Shown piece by piece: positions 26,188 to 39,200 of a stretch of DNA of 64,000 nucleotides. Every line of letters starts with the position of its first letter. The first letter of the stretch is position 1. This DNA comes from Protoeuglena noctilucae. Taxonomy: Eukaryota. The position numbers and the translations under genes are program-made. The stretch is taken from NCBI GenBank assembly GCA_958009085.1, contig OY253683.1, positions 1 to 64,000 of the forward strand, read 5' to 3'. Under the pieces are notes generated by a model that saw only the letters and a program-made list of their open reading frames with translations, searched no databases and was not told the origin of the DNA.

Positions 26188-27347
26188 ATGCTGCGCGCGA
26201 CGCTTTGCCTGCCGCAGCCGCGTCCGTCCTCAGCCCTCCGCGTTCTGAATAATGTATGCGTCGATTCGCGAGGGCCGGGACTGCAGGTCCCGCATGTGGC
26301 TTGGCGGCGTCGACACGTCGCCGCGGCTGCCGGCGCGCACCCGACACCCTTGCTGAAGTGAGTCGTGACGGCTACGGCGAGCAATTGCCAGTCCGGGACC
26401 CCATGTGCGCTGCGGATGCGTCTGCCTACCTCTGGGCTGCCATCCACCCATCTTGGATGCCCCCGCAGTGAGCTGCCCGCGGACCAGCAGGATGTGCTGG
26501 CACGCTACATCCGCCTGGTTCTCGAGCGCAACCAGAACGTCAACCTAACCGCCGTCACGGACTTCGATGACGCCATGGTGAAACACGTCGAGGACTCGCT
26601 CGCCCTGCTTCGGGCCATCGACCCATGCGCAACCCGTGCCGTCCAGGTGGGTCGTCTTGGGGCACCCTCAGCTAACCTTGCTGGCGGCCTGCGCGCCCCC
26701 TGATCGCGCCACACTTCGACCGTCCGCATGGGGAATCACGGCCCGTGCGCCTGGCTGACGTGGGCTCGGGGGCCGGCCTCCCCGCCTTCGTCCTGGCAGT
26801 GGCGCGGCCGGGGTGGCATGTGACGGCCGTGGACACGCTGCGGAAGCGCTGCGATTTCATGGAGGAGGCCGCGCAGAAGCTGGGGATCCAGGCAAGCTCC
26901 TCCATCGCCGCAGCGCGGACTTCTAAACAGCCCCGGCCCTGCTGACGGACCCTCGCTTGCTCGCTGCAGAATGTGCGGGTGGTGTGGGCGCGGGCGGAGG
27001 ACCTAGGGCGCGGGGAGGGTCGGGAGGCTTTCGACGTGGTGACGGCGCGGGCCGTGGCGTCCATGAACGTGCTGGCGGAGCTGTGCCTGCCCCTGTGCCG
27101 CGTGGGGGGCTATTGGGTGGCGGCCAAGCAGAGCCGGGACGTGCCGGAGGGGACGACCGTGACGGCCGAGGTCGACGGTGCGCGAGGGGCCATCTCGCGG
27201 CTCGGGGGGGCCTTCGTTGGCGTGGAGGACGTGCCGTCGTTCGGGGAGACGGGGCAGCGCACGGCCGTGGTGGTGGCCAAGGCCGAGCGCACCCCGGACG
27301 CCTACCCGCGGCGCGCGGGGGTGCCCGGCAAGCGCCCCCTTTCGTGA
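26188..27347 (+). CDS. rsmG: 16S rRNA m7G methyltransferase RsmG/GidB, organelle-targeted (4 exons)
   Basis: NLTAV, KHVEDSL, DVGSGAGLP, KRCDF, RAED, FDVVTARAVA, ELCLPL, TPDAYPRR.GVPGKRPL. Intron 2 has no usable AG acceptor (see findings). Confidence 0.9.
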
Positions 27348-27395
27348 CACGATGTTCAAGGCGCGGCTGCCTAAGCCCCGCCCCACGTAACGTTT

Positions 27396-28299
27396 CTAGC
27401 CCCGCTTGTCCTTCTTCTGCAAGCAGCTTGCGAGCATCGAGTCGATGGTGGGCAGCACCCGCTTGAACGACCGCTCCGCCGCCTCCGGATCCGAAAAGTC
27501 CAGCTCTGCCTTGGGCAGCCGGGCGAGTTTCCTGGAGGCAAGGAGGGTCCGGTGATCACAGTCGAGGGGGGGCAGGGTGTGCGGGCCGATGGCGTGTCTG
27601 ACGCTGCCCTCTCGCCTTGCCATCTCCACCACGGACGCGTCCTGGTCCAGCCGCACGCTGATGCACAGGCACTGGCTGATGGACAGCTTGGCAGGCTGGG
27701 CAAAGGCTGCAAGCACGAGCGAGGGGACGGGGGCGTGCCCACCCAGGCCAAGCGCAGTCGTCGGAGGCAACCCGCGCTGCTCTACCGCGGCGACGACGCA
27801 CCGATGTAGAGCTTCTCGAGGACCGCCTCGTGCGACGCCTCGTGGGCACCGCGGAAGAGGATGATGCCATCAATGCCGCGGGCCAGGACGTCCCAGAAGG
27901 GACTGTACTGCGCGCCGCCCGCGCAGTCCCACAGCTGCACGCGGACCAGCCTGCCCGCGATGTTGCGCTCGATCTCCTGCGCAGGGCAGGCAAGCAGGTG
28001 CTCAGGGATGCGGGCCTTTCTCGCGATGGGGCGGGGCCCGGCACCTGTGTTGCCCCACCTGGACGCGCAGCCCGACCGTAGCTTGGTAGGACTCCGAGTA
28101 CGGCGTCTGCCCCGCCATCAGCATGGAGAAAAAGGTCTTGCCCGTGTTGGGCGGACCCACCACGCATACCTGCGCGCCGGCAAGTCGGTTTGCGGGTCAT
28201 CATGGACACATTCTACGACATCATCAAACGCATCCCTTGCTGGGCTGTCTGAAGCGGGCGGCCGAGAGGAGAGGGACGTGCCTTAAGGACGCTCGACAT
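27396..28299 (-). CDS. IFT22: Intraflagellar transport protein IFT22 (RABL5-like small GTPase)
   Basis: MSSVLK-VCVVGPPNTGKT, YQATVGLRVQEIER, VQLWDCAG...Y.PFWDVLARGIDGIIL, LEKLY..FAQP.KL...QCL; no NKxD G4 motif, as expected for IFT22. Confidence 0.8.
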
Positions 28300-28781
28300 C
28301 TCAGCCCCCCTCCAGCGAGCCAAGCGCGAGCTCGGCGGGTCTCGCTGGCTGCCCTCGTGCGGGGCGCCTCCCGCGCTTCAGGCGTGGCCTGGCCTGCCCA
28401 GTTGCACGCGAAAAGGACACACACGTTCGACTTCTCCGCAGTGCGACAGCGGTGGAGAGGGTCTCCGGTGCCTTCCGCGCTCAATCGCTGGTCCAACAAG
28501 CGAGTCAGTTGCGTTTTCTTCCTGCTGCGGGTGCCGCGAGCTTGGTTCAGCTCAATGCGTCCCGTCTGACTGGGGCGGGGAATCGAGTTTCTCGCCGGGA
28601 GCGCGCCAGTGGGCTCGGCGCGGTCGCCCGTGATGCACTTTTCGCGATAAAAACCTCACGCCTGCGACAGCGCTCCATTGGGTAGCCGCCTTCGGATCCC
28701 CGCGCAGCTGTCGAGCCCAGTCCAAACTTAGAGAGCCGCGCCCCGCGCCCCGCGCCCGCTCGCGCCGCTCCCCCGGCAGCC

Positions 28782-30884
<2,103 letters not shown>

Positions 30885-31328
30885 GGTGCGGGCGCGGATT
30901 CCGCAGGGCCAGCCCGGCCCAGCGGGGTAAGGCCCGACACTTTTTCGGCGGACTGCGCTCGGCCGACGCTGCGAGCGGCGCGCGGATTGCAATTTGAAAT
31001 TGCAGTCGTCCGGGACCGGGCTCGGAGGCTTCTCGTGGGAACGGGGGACTTCGTTGTGATGCGCAAGGGGCTGGCCCCGACCCTGCACGCGCCCGAGGGG
31101 CGGGGCGGTCGCGGCCGGTCGCGAGCGGTGTTAGTCCTCCGGATTCGATGGACGCCTATGGCGGGGACCCCTGACGCCGCAGGAGACGCCGTCTGACTGG
31201 GTCCCAGCGCGCACTCAAGTGCCCCCCGGCACTTTGCGGGCCCAGAACGAGCGGCGCTTTTCGACCCGAGCGGTCGTGCATGGCCGCGCACCCATCGTCT
31301 CGTAACCACAGCGAGATAGGGAGGCGCG

Positions 31329-34300
31329 ATGGCCGCGAGCCTGCGCTGGGCTCCGCCGGGGCCGGCGAGGGCCGCTGCGGAGGCGAATGGAAGCGGATTT
31401 AATTTGCCGCTTCGATTACCGGCTACCAGGGGAGGAGTGTGCCGGGCGGTGCCGTCCCGGCGCGGCGAGGGGCTGAAGGGTGGTCTTTTGTCCCTGGCTG
31501 TCCTGCTGGTGAGCGCTGCCCCAGGCTTTGGCGGCGCGCCCCCGCTCTGTTCCGGGTCCTCCGCGTGCACGGAGGCCGTGCGCGAGGCACGGGCCGGCCG
31601 GAGGGCCGCACCTGCGTGCTGGGGGCAGTGGTAGGGAAAGCGATGTGGTAGGGGAGCGGCGCGGCACCGCCTTCCGCCCGATGGTCCGTTTGTAGACAGC
31701 GCTGGTGATGTCTCGCGGTCTTTCTTGTCCTCGTGGCGCGCGGGGGCCGGCCTGCCGCCCCCAGATCACACATGTTCCGGCTCGATGTCGTGCGCTGCCC
31801 CTGGCCCGCGGCGTCCCGTGCGTCCCGCCGACGCCTGGCGGGCTGGCGTCACGATCTGCTTGTGTCATTTCAGAGCGTTGGCGCCGGGGACCGGGGCCGA
31901 AACGGCTCCCGGCGCGCTTGGGCGCCCAGGGTGAGATCCATCCCCGGTTAAATGCACGCAGGCTTCCGCGGGGAACCCCGGCGACGGGCAGGCGCTTACG
32001 CGATCTCAAATTTCGTTCCAGAAGTTCCGCCAGGTGCGCCGCCGGCCAATATACCCCGCCGCTTGCGCCGCCTCGGGACGCGCACTGCAGTCCCCATGCC
32101 TGGCCAGCGCGGCGGGGCGCGACGCTGCCGGCCCCGGCCCGCGCCGCAGATGATCGAGGAGCGTTCCGGAGAGAAGCTGCCGGAGGTCACTCGCTCGGGC
32201 GCGTCGATCGAGGACGAGCCCATCCCGGAGGGAGCGAGCTTCGACGTCCTGCGCAGGCGAGCCCGCGCGCCGGCCCCGCCGCGGCGCCGCCCGCCCGTGT
32301 TCCCGCGCTCCCTCATGACCGTGTCTCCCGCGCCGTCCGCAGGGCCCTGGCCCAGCGCCAAGCGCGCATCGATGAGCTGGAGCAGGTGCTGAACCAGCTG
32401 TCGGTCGCGGCGACCAAGGCGGAGGCGGAGAGCCCCCAGGCGGAGGCAGCCAAGGCGGAGGCAGCTAAGGCGGAGGCAGCCAGGGCGGAGGCTGCCAAGG
32501 CGGAGGCTGCCGCTAAGGCAGAGGCAGCCAAGGCGGAGGCCAGGGCGGAGGCTGCTGCCAAGGCGGAGGCTGCCGCCAAGGCAGAGGCAGCCAAGGCGGA
32601 GGCAGCTGCCAGGGCGGAGGTAGCCAGGGCGGAGGCAGCCAAGGCGGAGGCTGCGAGGGCGGCGGCACTCAAGGCAGAGGCCGCCAAGGCGGAGGCGCCC
32701 GCGGTGACCAACATGGAGTTTACCAAGGTGGAGGCGATGCCGCAGGAGGAGTCGAAGCCGGCGCCGCCCCTGTCGCTCAAGATGGACAGCGCCCCGACGA
32801 CCCCGTCGCCGCCGCCGCCGCCGGCCAAGCCCGCGCCGGCGAGGGAGCCCGAGGAGGACATGCCCATGACGGCCGCGCCGACGCTGGTGGAGGAGGTGGT
32901 GTCCCCCGAGGAGTCGGGCCCGCGCAACAGCATGCTGACGTCGACGGCCAAGGTGCAGGTGCCGGAGATCCTGCAGAAGGGGTGGGTGCCTAAGGCCATG
33001 GCGGCGGTGGGCGTGGTGGTGGCGTCGGCGGCCGTGGTGCTCAACCAGCGCGACCCGTCGGTGGACGGGCTGAGCGAGGAGGAGCTGCGGGACCTGCGGC
33101 GCCGCGTGTCCGAGGAGAAGAAGCGGGTGGAGAAGGAGAAGCAGCAGCTGGAGGCCCGGCAGAAGCAGGCCGAGGAGGACAAGCGGCAGGCGAACCGGCT
33201 GCGGGAGCAGCTGGTGCAGAAGGACTCGAGCCACGCCAAGCAGCTGGCGGACATGCAGCGGGAGCTGTCGGAGGCGCGGCGGGCGCGCGACAAACTCGAG
33301 CGCATGGTGGACGAGGCGGATCGCCGGGCGCAGAAGCAGATCGGGGCCGTGTCGGCGCGGGCCAAGGACACGGCCGCGGCGTCGGCGGCGCTGCAGGCCA
33401 AGCTGGTGGAGGCCGAGCGGGCCATGGCCAAGGAGCAGGACGTGGCGGAGGAGCTCAAGGCGGCGGCCAGGCGGGCTGAGCAGCTCGCGGAGACCAAGCT
33501 GAACGCCGAGGAGGAGTCCCACGCGCTGCGGGCCAAGGAGCGGGAGGCGCTGCAGGTGGTGCTGGACGCCGAGAAGAAGCTGGCCGCGGGTGAGCGGGCG
33601 GGAGGGGCGAGGGGCGTGAGGTTTTGGGGGGCTGGGGGTGGTGGTGATTGGTTGGTTCGTGGTGTTGTTGTGTGACGGGTGGGGTAGGGTAGGGTGAGGG
33701 CGGGGTGTAAACTGTTCGGTCCGCGTCGCCCGCAGTGCTGGAGAAGGAGGCGGCGGCAGTGCAGCAGGCGGAGTCTCTGGGGATGGCGGCGGAGGTGGCG
33801 GCGGCGCAGGGGTCCAAGGCGGCGACGGGCGAGGTGGCGCGCCTGGCGGAGCTCAACGCCGCCGCGCTGGTGAACGCGGTGGGGGCGGTCAGCCGCGTGC
33901 GCCGCGAGGAGATGGCCGCGCGGGTCAAGACGGCGCAGGACATGGCGGCGGGGAAGGCGGGGAAGGACGTGAACGTGAGCGACGCCGCCATGCGGGCCGC
34001 CATGCTGCCGTGCATTGCTGCGCAGCGTCTTATAACACAATGACGCCTCTCTTTCGTCCTTGCAGGTGGCGGAGCTGGTTGACGCCCTCAAGGCCGATCT
34101 GCTGGTGCTGGCCCCTTCCAAGGCCAGGGAGATGGGCATGACGGGCAGCGGCAGCGCGAGCTCGGCCGCCGCGCCGCCCGCCAAGGGACCCACGTGAGCC
34201 TAGGGGGTGCTTGGAAGGGAAGCGCTGCGCCTGTGTAGCCGCGCGCCCGTCCTCACGCCCGCCCTCTGCCTCCCCCACCCCGCAGCGAGGAGGAGCGTCG

Positions 34301-35554
34301 CCGGATGGACGCGGCTCGCAAGGCGATTGAGGCGCTGTCTGCGGAGCGGCGCGGGATGGAGGAGGGGCTGCAGGCGCTGCGGGAGAAGGCGCGGACGGCG
34401 CAGGAGGACGCGGCGGCCGCGTCGGTGCGCACGGCCGAGCTGTCCCGCGAGCTGACGGCGGCTGCCAACCGCGTGGGGGAGCTCGAGTCTGCGCTGTCCA
34501 AGGCGGGCGCGGAGGCGGCGGCGCTGTCCAAGGAGGTGGGGCAGCTCCGGAAGAAGGCCAACGACGCGGAGGGAAACTTGGAGATTGAGCGGCGCGAGAG
34601 CGAGAAGCTGCGGGAGGGTGAGGGCGCGCAAGGGGGGGGGGGGGCACTAGGTGGATCCCACATGTGACGCACTGGGTCCGGCCCACCCATGACGCCATGC
34701 CATGCTGAGTCCCGCCCCCCGCTCCCTTCCCAGGCCTCCAGGCGTCGATGGGCGAGGCCTCCCGCGCCGGCAGCAAGCTCGCGGAGATGGACGCGGAGGC
34801 CAAGGAGCGGCTGACGACACTGCAGCGGCGGGTGGTGCAGGAGAAGGACGCCCGTGAGTCCCTGCAGGAGGAGCTGCGGAAGATCACCACGGAGGCGGAG
34901 GGCCTGCGGAAGCAGATGTCGTACCTCGAGAACAAGATGGCCACGCAGGCGGAGGAGCTCAACAGCACGGTGGAGGCGGCGTACAAGTCGCTGGCCAGCC
35001 AGGATCAGCGCAACCAGGACCTGGTCGACAAGCTCTTCGGGCTGCAGAAGCGCTACGTCGCGCAGAAGGACGCGTACGAGAGGGAGAAGGCGCTCTCCAC
35101 GTGAGTGGAGCCATGCAGGGCGCTCCATCGCAAGTCCCGCATGCCCTGGTGACCGATGTCCCACCCTGGCACAGCTCCCCGGCGCAGTCATGGTGGTTGC
35201 GCGACGCAGGGTCCCGGCTATCTTGTCCTGAGTGCCCTGGCAATGTCGAGATGTCTGCCTGGCACAGTCGTGGTGTGCCCTAGGAGCGCCTCCCCTGACC
35301 CTCTCCCTCTCCCTTCTCCTCCCCGCAGGAAGGCCCTGGCCGACAACGAGGCCCTGCGCAAGCGCATGGAGAGCATGGAGACGCTCCTGGCCACGCAGGC
35401 GGCCCAGCTGAACAAGGCGCTGGACAAGGCCTACGAGGCGCTCGAGCAGCAGCAGATGCGCAACCAGGAGATGTCGGAGAAGATGTACCTGTGGCAGCGC
35501 AAGTACGTGCAGAACAAGGACGCGATCGAGAAGGAGGTCGTCGCGAACAAGTGA
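31329..35554 (+). CDS. Large coiled-coil protein with AEAAK repeat, Pro-rich linker and a putative transmembrane helix; 5' exons uncertain
   Basis: In-frame exons from ~32150 to the stop at 35552-35554; hydrophobic AMAAVGVVVASAAVVL followed by long heptads; ORF 31329-31634 looks like a transit peptide but its linkage was not established. Confidence 0.7.
32416..32697 (+). repeat. Coding tandem repeat, 15/18-nt units encoding (K/R)AEAA(A)
   Basis: Repeated aaggcggaggcagcc variants; translation AEAAKAEAAKAEAARAEAAKAEAAAK... Confidence 0.95.
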
Positions 35555-35844
35555 GGGCGAGGAGCGACGGCCGAGCGCGCCGAGACACGCCCCCGACGGA
35601 GTCGCACCCCTCCCCACCCCCCTTAGCAGACGCCCCCTAGCTGATGTCTTGTCTTTTTCCGACTGGCCTTCGCCACTTCCCTGTCCCTTTGCCTCTGGCC
35701 TCCTGCGCCCATAGACGGCCCGTGACCGACGCACGACACACGCGGCGCCGGCGCGAGGCCCGCGCGGGAGGTTTCGCTCCGATATGAGCTTCTGAAGAAA
35801 ACGATAACTGAAGAAAACGACAAGATGGTTCTGGGTCAGAGCGA

Positions 35845-36005
35845 AGCGGAGATGCAGGCGGCGCAGCTGAGCCAGGCACTGAGCTGGCGAACCAGGATGC
35901 GCGCGTGAGGGACCCTCACGGACCGCATGTCCACCTTCCATGTGGCAGCGCCAGTATGTGGAGAACGAGGACGTGCTGGAGGGGACGGAGGTGGCATGGG
36001 GATGA
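35845..36005 (+). pseudogene. Degenerate extra copy of the C-terminal repeat exon of the 31.3-35.5 kb gene
   Basis: Broken frames give QAAQLSQAL / ELANQDARVRD / LTDRM / WQRQYVENED versus functional QAAQLNKAL...ALEQQQMRNQEMSEKMYLWQRKYVQNKD. Confidence 0.7.
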
Positions 36006-36268
36006 CTGACAGCGTTCACAGTTCACAGACCAACCGAGAGAACAGGGCTGCGGCACCTGTCCAGCCACCCCCGTGCCCCCTGCCGCCTGTAGCCATGGCC
36101 ATGCCTTGTCCCACACTGCTGTCTCCCCCCTTTCGCGGCTTTCCAGGGCCTTTCAAAGCAGTCCGTTTGAAAGGCAACGCAGGCACTCGCTCACATATGC
36201 TAGAGAACACGTGCTAGCACAGTCACATGTGCTAGAGGACAGGCACTAGCCACACAACATTCGCCTCG

Positions 36269-39200
36269 TCAGTCACGCGTGCCTCGATCACCACCCTCCA
36301 CCAGTCTCCAAGGCGGGCCCATGGTCATCGGACTGGCAGCACACTCCCCGTTCTCCCGCAGCGGCGTCCGGGGGCTGGGAGAGCCGCACTCTGCCCCGCT
36401 CCCATCCCCAGCAGCCCCATCAGACGCGCCCACCCCACCGCGCCGCCACGCCCGCCCTCCCCACTCCCCTACCCCTTCCCCCTCAGGGGACCCGGCCAGC
36501 GGCGCAGAGGCCGACGAGGACCGCGGAGACTTGCAGGGCCCATCGCTATTCCCCAGCCGCAGCGCAGGCACAGTTACGGTGTTTGAAACGGACCGCGCTT
36601 GACTGGCAGTCGCGTCTGCCCCGGCTCCCGGCGGCAGCGGCTCCCCCACCGCAGGCAGCCCCCTCCGCACCGCTAACAGACTGACGCTGTCGCGGGGCAG
36701 CGCGGGGGAGGAGACAGACGCGGACTGTGTTGTAACAACCCTTGAAGCAGACACCACAGCGTGGCCGTCTGCGCTGGCGCGGTGCATGAGGTGGGCGATG
36801 TCCAACGCACGCGACCCCAGGTGCGCGCGGTGACTGTGCCCCGCACCCCGCGCCCTGCCTCGCTGGGAGCCTCGCCCCTCCTCCTGCACATGCACACCCC
36901 CGCTGTCGTGCTCCCGCCCCGCCCGCCGCCTCCGCCCCCGCCCCCGCGGCCCAGAGGCCGGCCCCGTGCGCCCCACGACCCCCTTCGTCGCCCCGCTCTC
37001 TGCGCTGCCGTCCGCATCCCCATGCTCCGCTGCCTTGTGGGGCGACGACTGCAAAGACGCATTGCGGGAGCTGCCGGGGCTGGACATGGCGAAGAGTCGG
37101 GGGGATGGGGTGGCAGCGTCGTGCCACGCGGCGGAGGGGCGGTGGTCGGACTGCGACTGCGACGCCGGGGGCCCCGGGGAGGCGAGGGTGGCGGGGTGGG
37201 CGCTCGCGGGTGCGAGGGAGGTGGGGGAGGGGGAGACGAGGGGGGCCAGGGTGGCGTCGGGGGTGGTGGCGAGGGAGAGGGGCGAGGGGGCGGTGGATGG
37301 GTGGGGGTCGGGGGAGATGGGGGGTGCGGAGACTGGGCCGGCGGAGTAGGGGGTGCGTGCGTATCTGTGGGGGAGGTGAGGTGGGGTGGTGAGGTGGCAC
37401 TTGCAAGATGGCGCATGTGAGACGGCGAGCGACGGCAGGAAAGAACGCATTGGCTACTATACTAGCATAGCACGTAACACTCCACACACCCTCCCTCACC
37501 TGTCCCGCACTGCGCTCCCTATGCCGTCCCTTTGCGTCCCTGCCCCGTCCACCCCAGCCTTAGCAGAGGCGTCCCTGTCTTTCACTGCATCTGCAAGGAC
37601 ACCAGTCTTGGCTGCAGCCCCTTCCCCACCATCCCCGTCCATACCCACGCCGCTATCCAAGCAGACCCCCTCGCTCCCCTCGCCCGTCTCCACCCCCATC
37701 CGCAGCCCCCGTGGCACCGCCCCAGCCGCCCGCCCAGGCCCTGACCGCCGCACCCCCCGCGTTCCGCTGCCCGCGTCCCCTGCCTCGGCTCTGTGACTCC
37801 GCCTCGCCTCCACCCCCGCCCCTCGCCCCACCAGCCCCCCAGCTGCTGTGGCCAGTGCCGCCAATGCCACGGCGTCCCTCAGCGCTGCGCCTGACTCAAT
37901 CGACGACGCCGACAGCGCCTGGCTCAGTCTTGTCTCACGTGCGGACAGGTCACTGGGGGTGTGAGAGGAAGGGGACGAGGTGGCCGGGGCTGTTGCGAAT
38001 GGGGTGGTGGGAACAGGAGGGTAGAGTGATGGGCAGGGATGTCAGGCACAGCTGCTAGCCCCAGTGCGTTGAGTGTGGGCTTCACAACGCTTCCACTTTT
38101 CATAGTGACAGCGACCGTTCCGGACATTCACCTCACCTGCGCTCGAATCAGTCACCGCCCCCTCCCCTCCACCAATCTCTCTCACCTGGCTCGGCTGGCC
38201 AGCGCCGCCTCCCTCTCCGCCGCCACCGCCGCTTTGACCCTCGCCGCTTCCGCCGCCTCCCCCGCCGCCCGCAGCCGCTCCTCCGCCGCCCTCTCCGCTG
38301 CCCGCGCCCTGCCCAGCAGCGCCGTGGCTCTCGCCTCTGCCGCCTTGGCTGCCTCGGTGCGACTCTGGATCTCACCCAGCACCTCCACTGCGCTCATCCC
38401 AGCCGCCGACAGCACCGACTGTGGCGAGAGGGACGTGAAGGTGTGGGTTGTCAGAGATGAGAGGTGGTGAGTGGTTAGAGTGACAGCAGCTTGTGCGCTG
38501 CCTCGTCGCATTACAAAAGATAACAACCCCATAATCAGATCTGTCCCTCACCCGCAGCCACGCTGCCTGCTCCTCCCCCACCGCCCCCGCCAGCGCTGCC
38601 GCCCCCTCCGCGCCCCCTCCCCTGGCCACCGCCCGCTCCCTCGCCGCCAGCTCGGCAGCCAACGCGTCGCAGGCCCTCTCCCTCTCCTGCACCCGGCCCT
38701 CGCGGTCCGCCAACTCCGCCGCCAACGCCGCACTGCGGGAGGGCCCAGCGGATGGGGTTACGAGGTAACATGACATGCATTATAAGACTGTTGGTGAACC
38801 GCGGGCATGCCTGCGACACGTTTGGCAACGCTGTCACGGGTGTGCACTTCTCGCACGGTCATGCAAGACATGCACCCCCGCTTCACCACCATAGCTTGAC
38901 TGTGACATCCCACCCACTCCCCAGGGTCCCTCCCTCACCACGCCTGCTCCCGCCTCGCAACTCCCCTCTCCGCCTCCTCGCACCGCCCCTCCCTCGCCAC
39001 CACCCTCGCCTCCCTCGCCGCCACCCCCACCTCACGCCTCTCCACCCCCACCTCCCTCGCAGCCGCCGCCTCCGCCGCCGCCCTCGCCGCCGCCTCCGCT
39101 CGCGTCGCCTCCTCCACCCGCCCCCTCGCCGCAGCCTCTGCATCTCTCGCCTCTGCCGCTCTCCGCCCCGCTTCCCTCGCAGCGTCGTCCGCCCTCGCCC

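Noticed and set aside
26188..27347. Bacterial-type genes (rsmG, uL4, NuoF-like) as recent horizontal transfer or contamination
   Set aside because: All have spliceosomal introns and targeting-like N-termini; standard nuclear genes for organellar proteins.
36191..36250. Short imperfect duplication (cacatatgctagagaaca / cacatgtgctagaggaca) between convergent genes
   Set aside because: Too short and isolated to assign any function.
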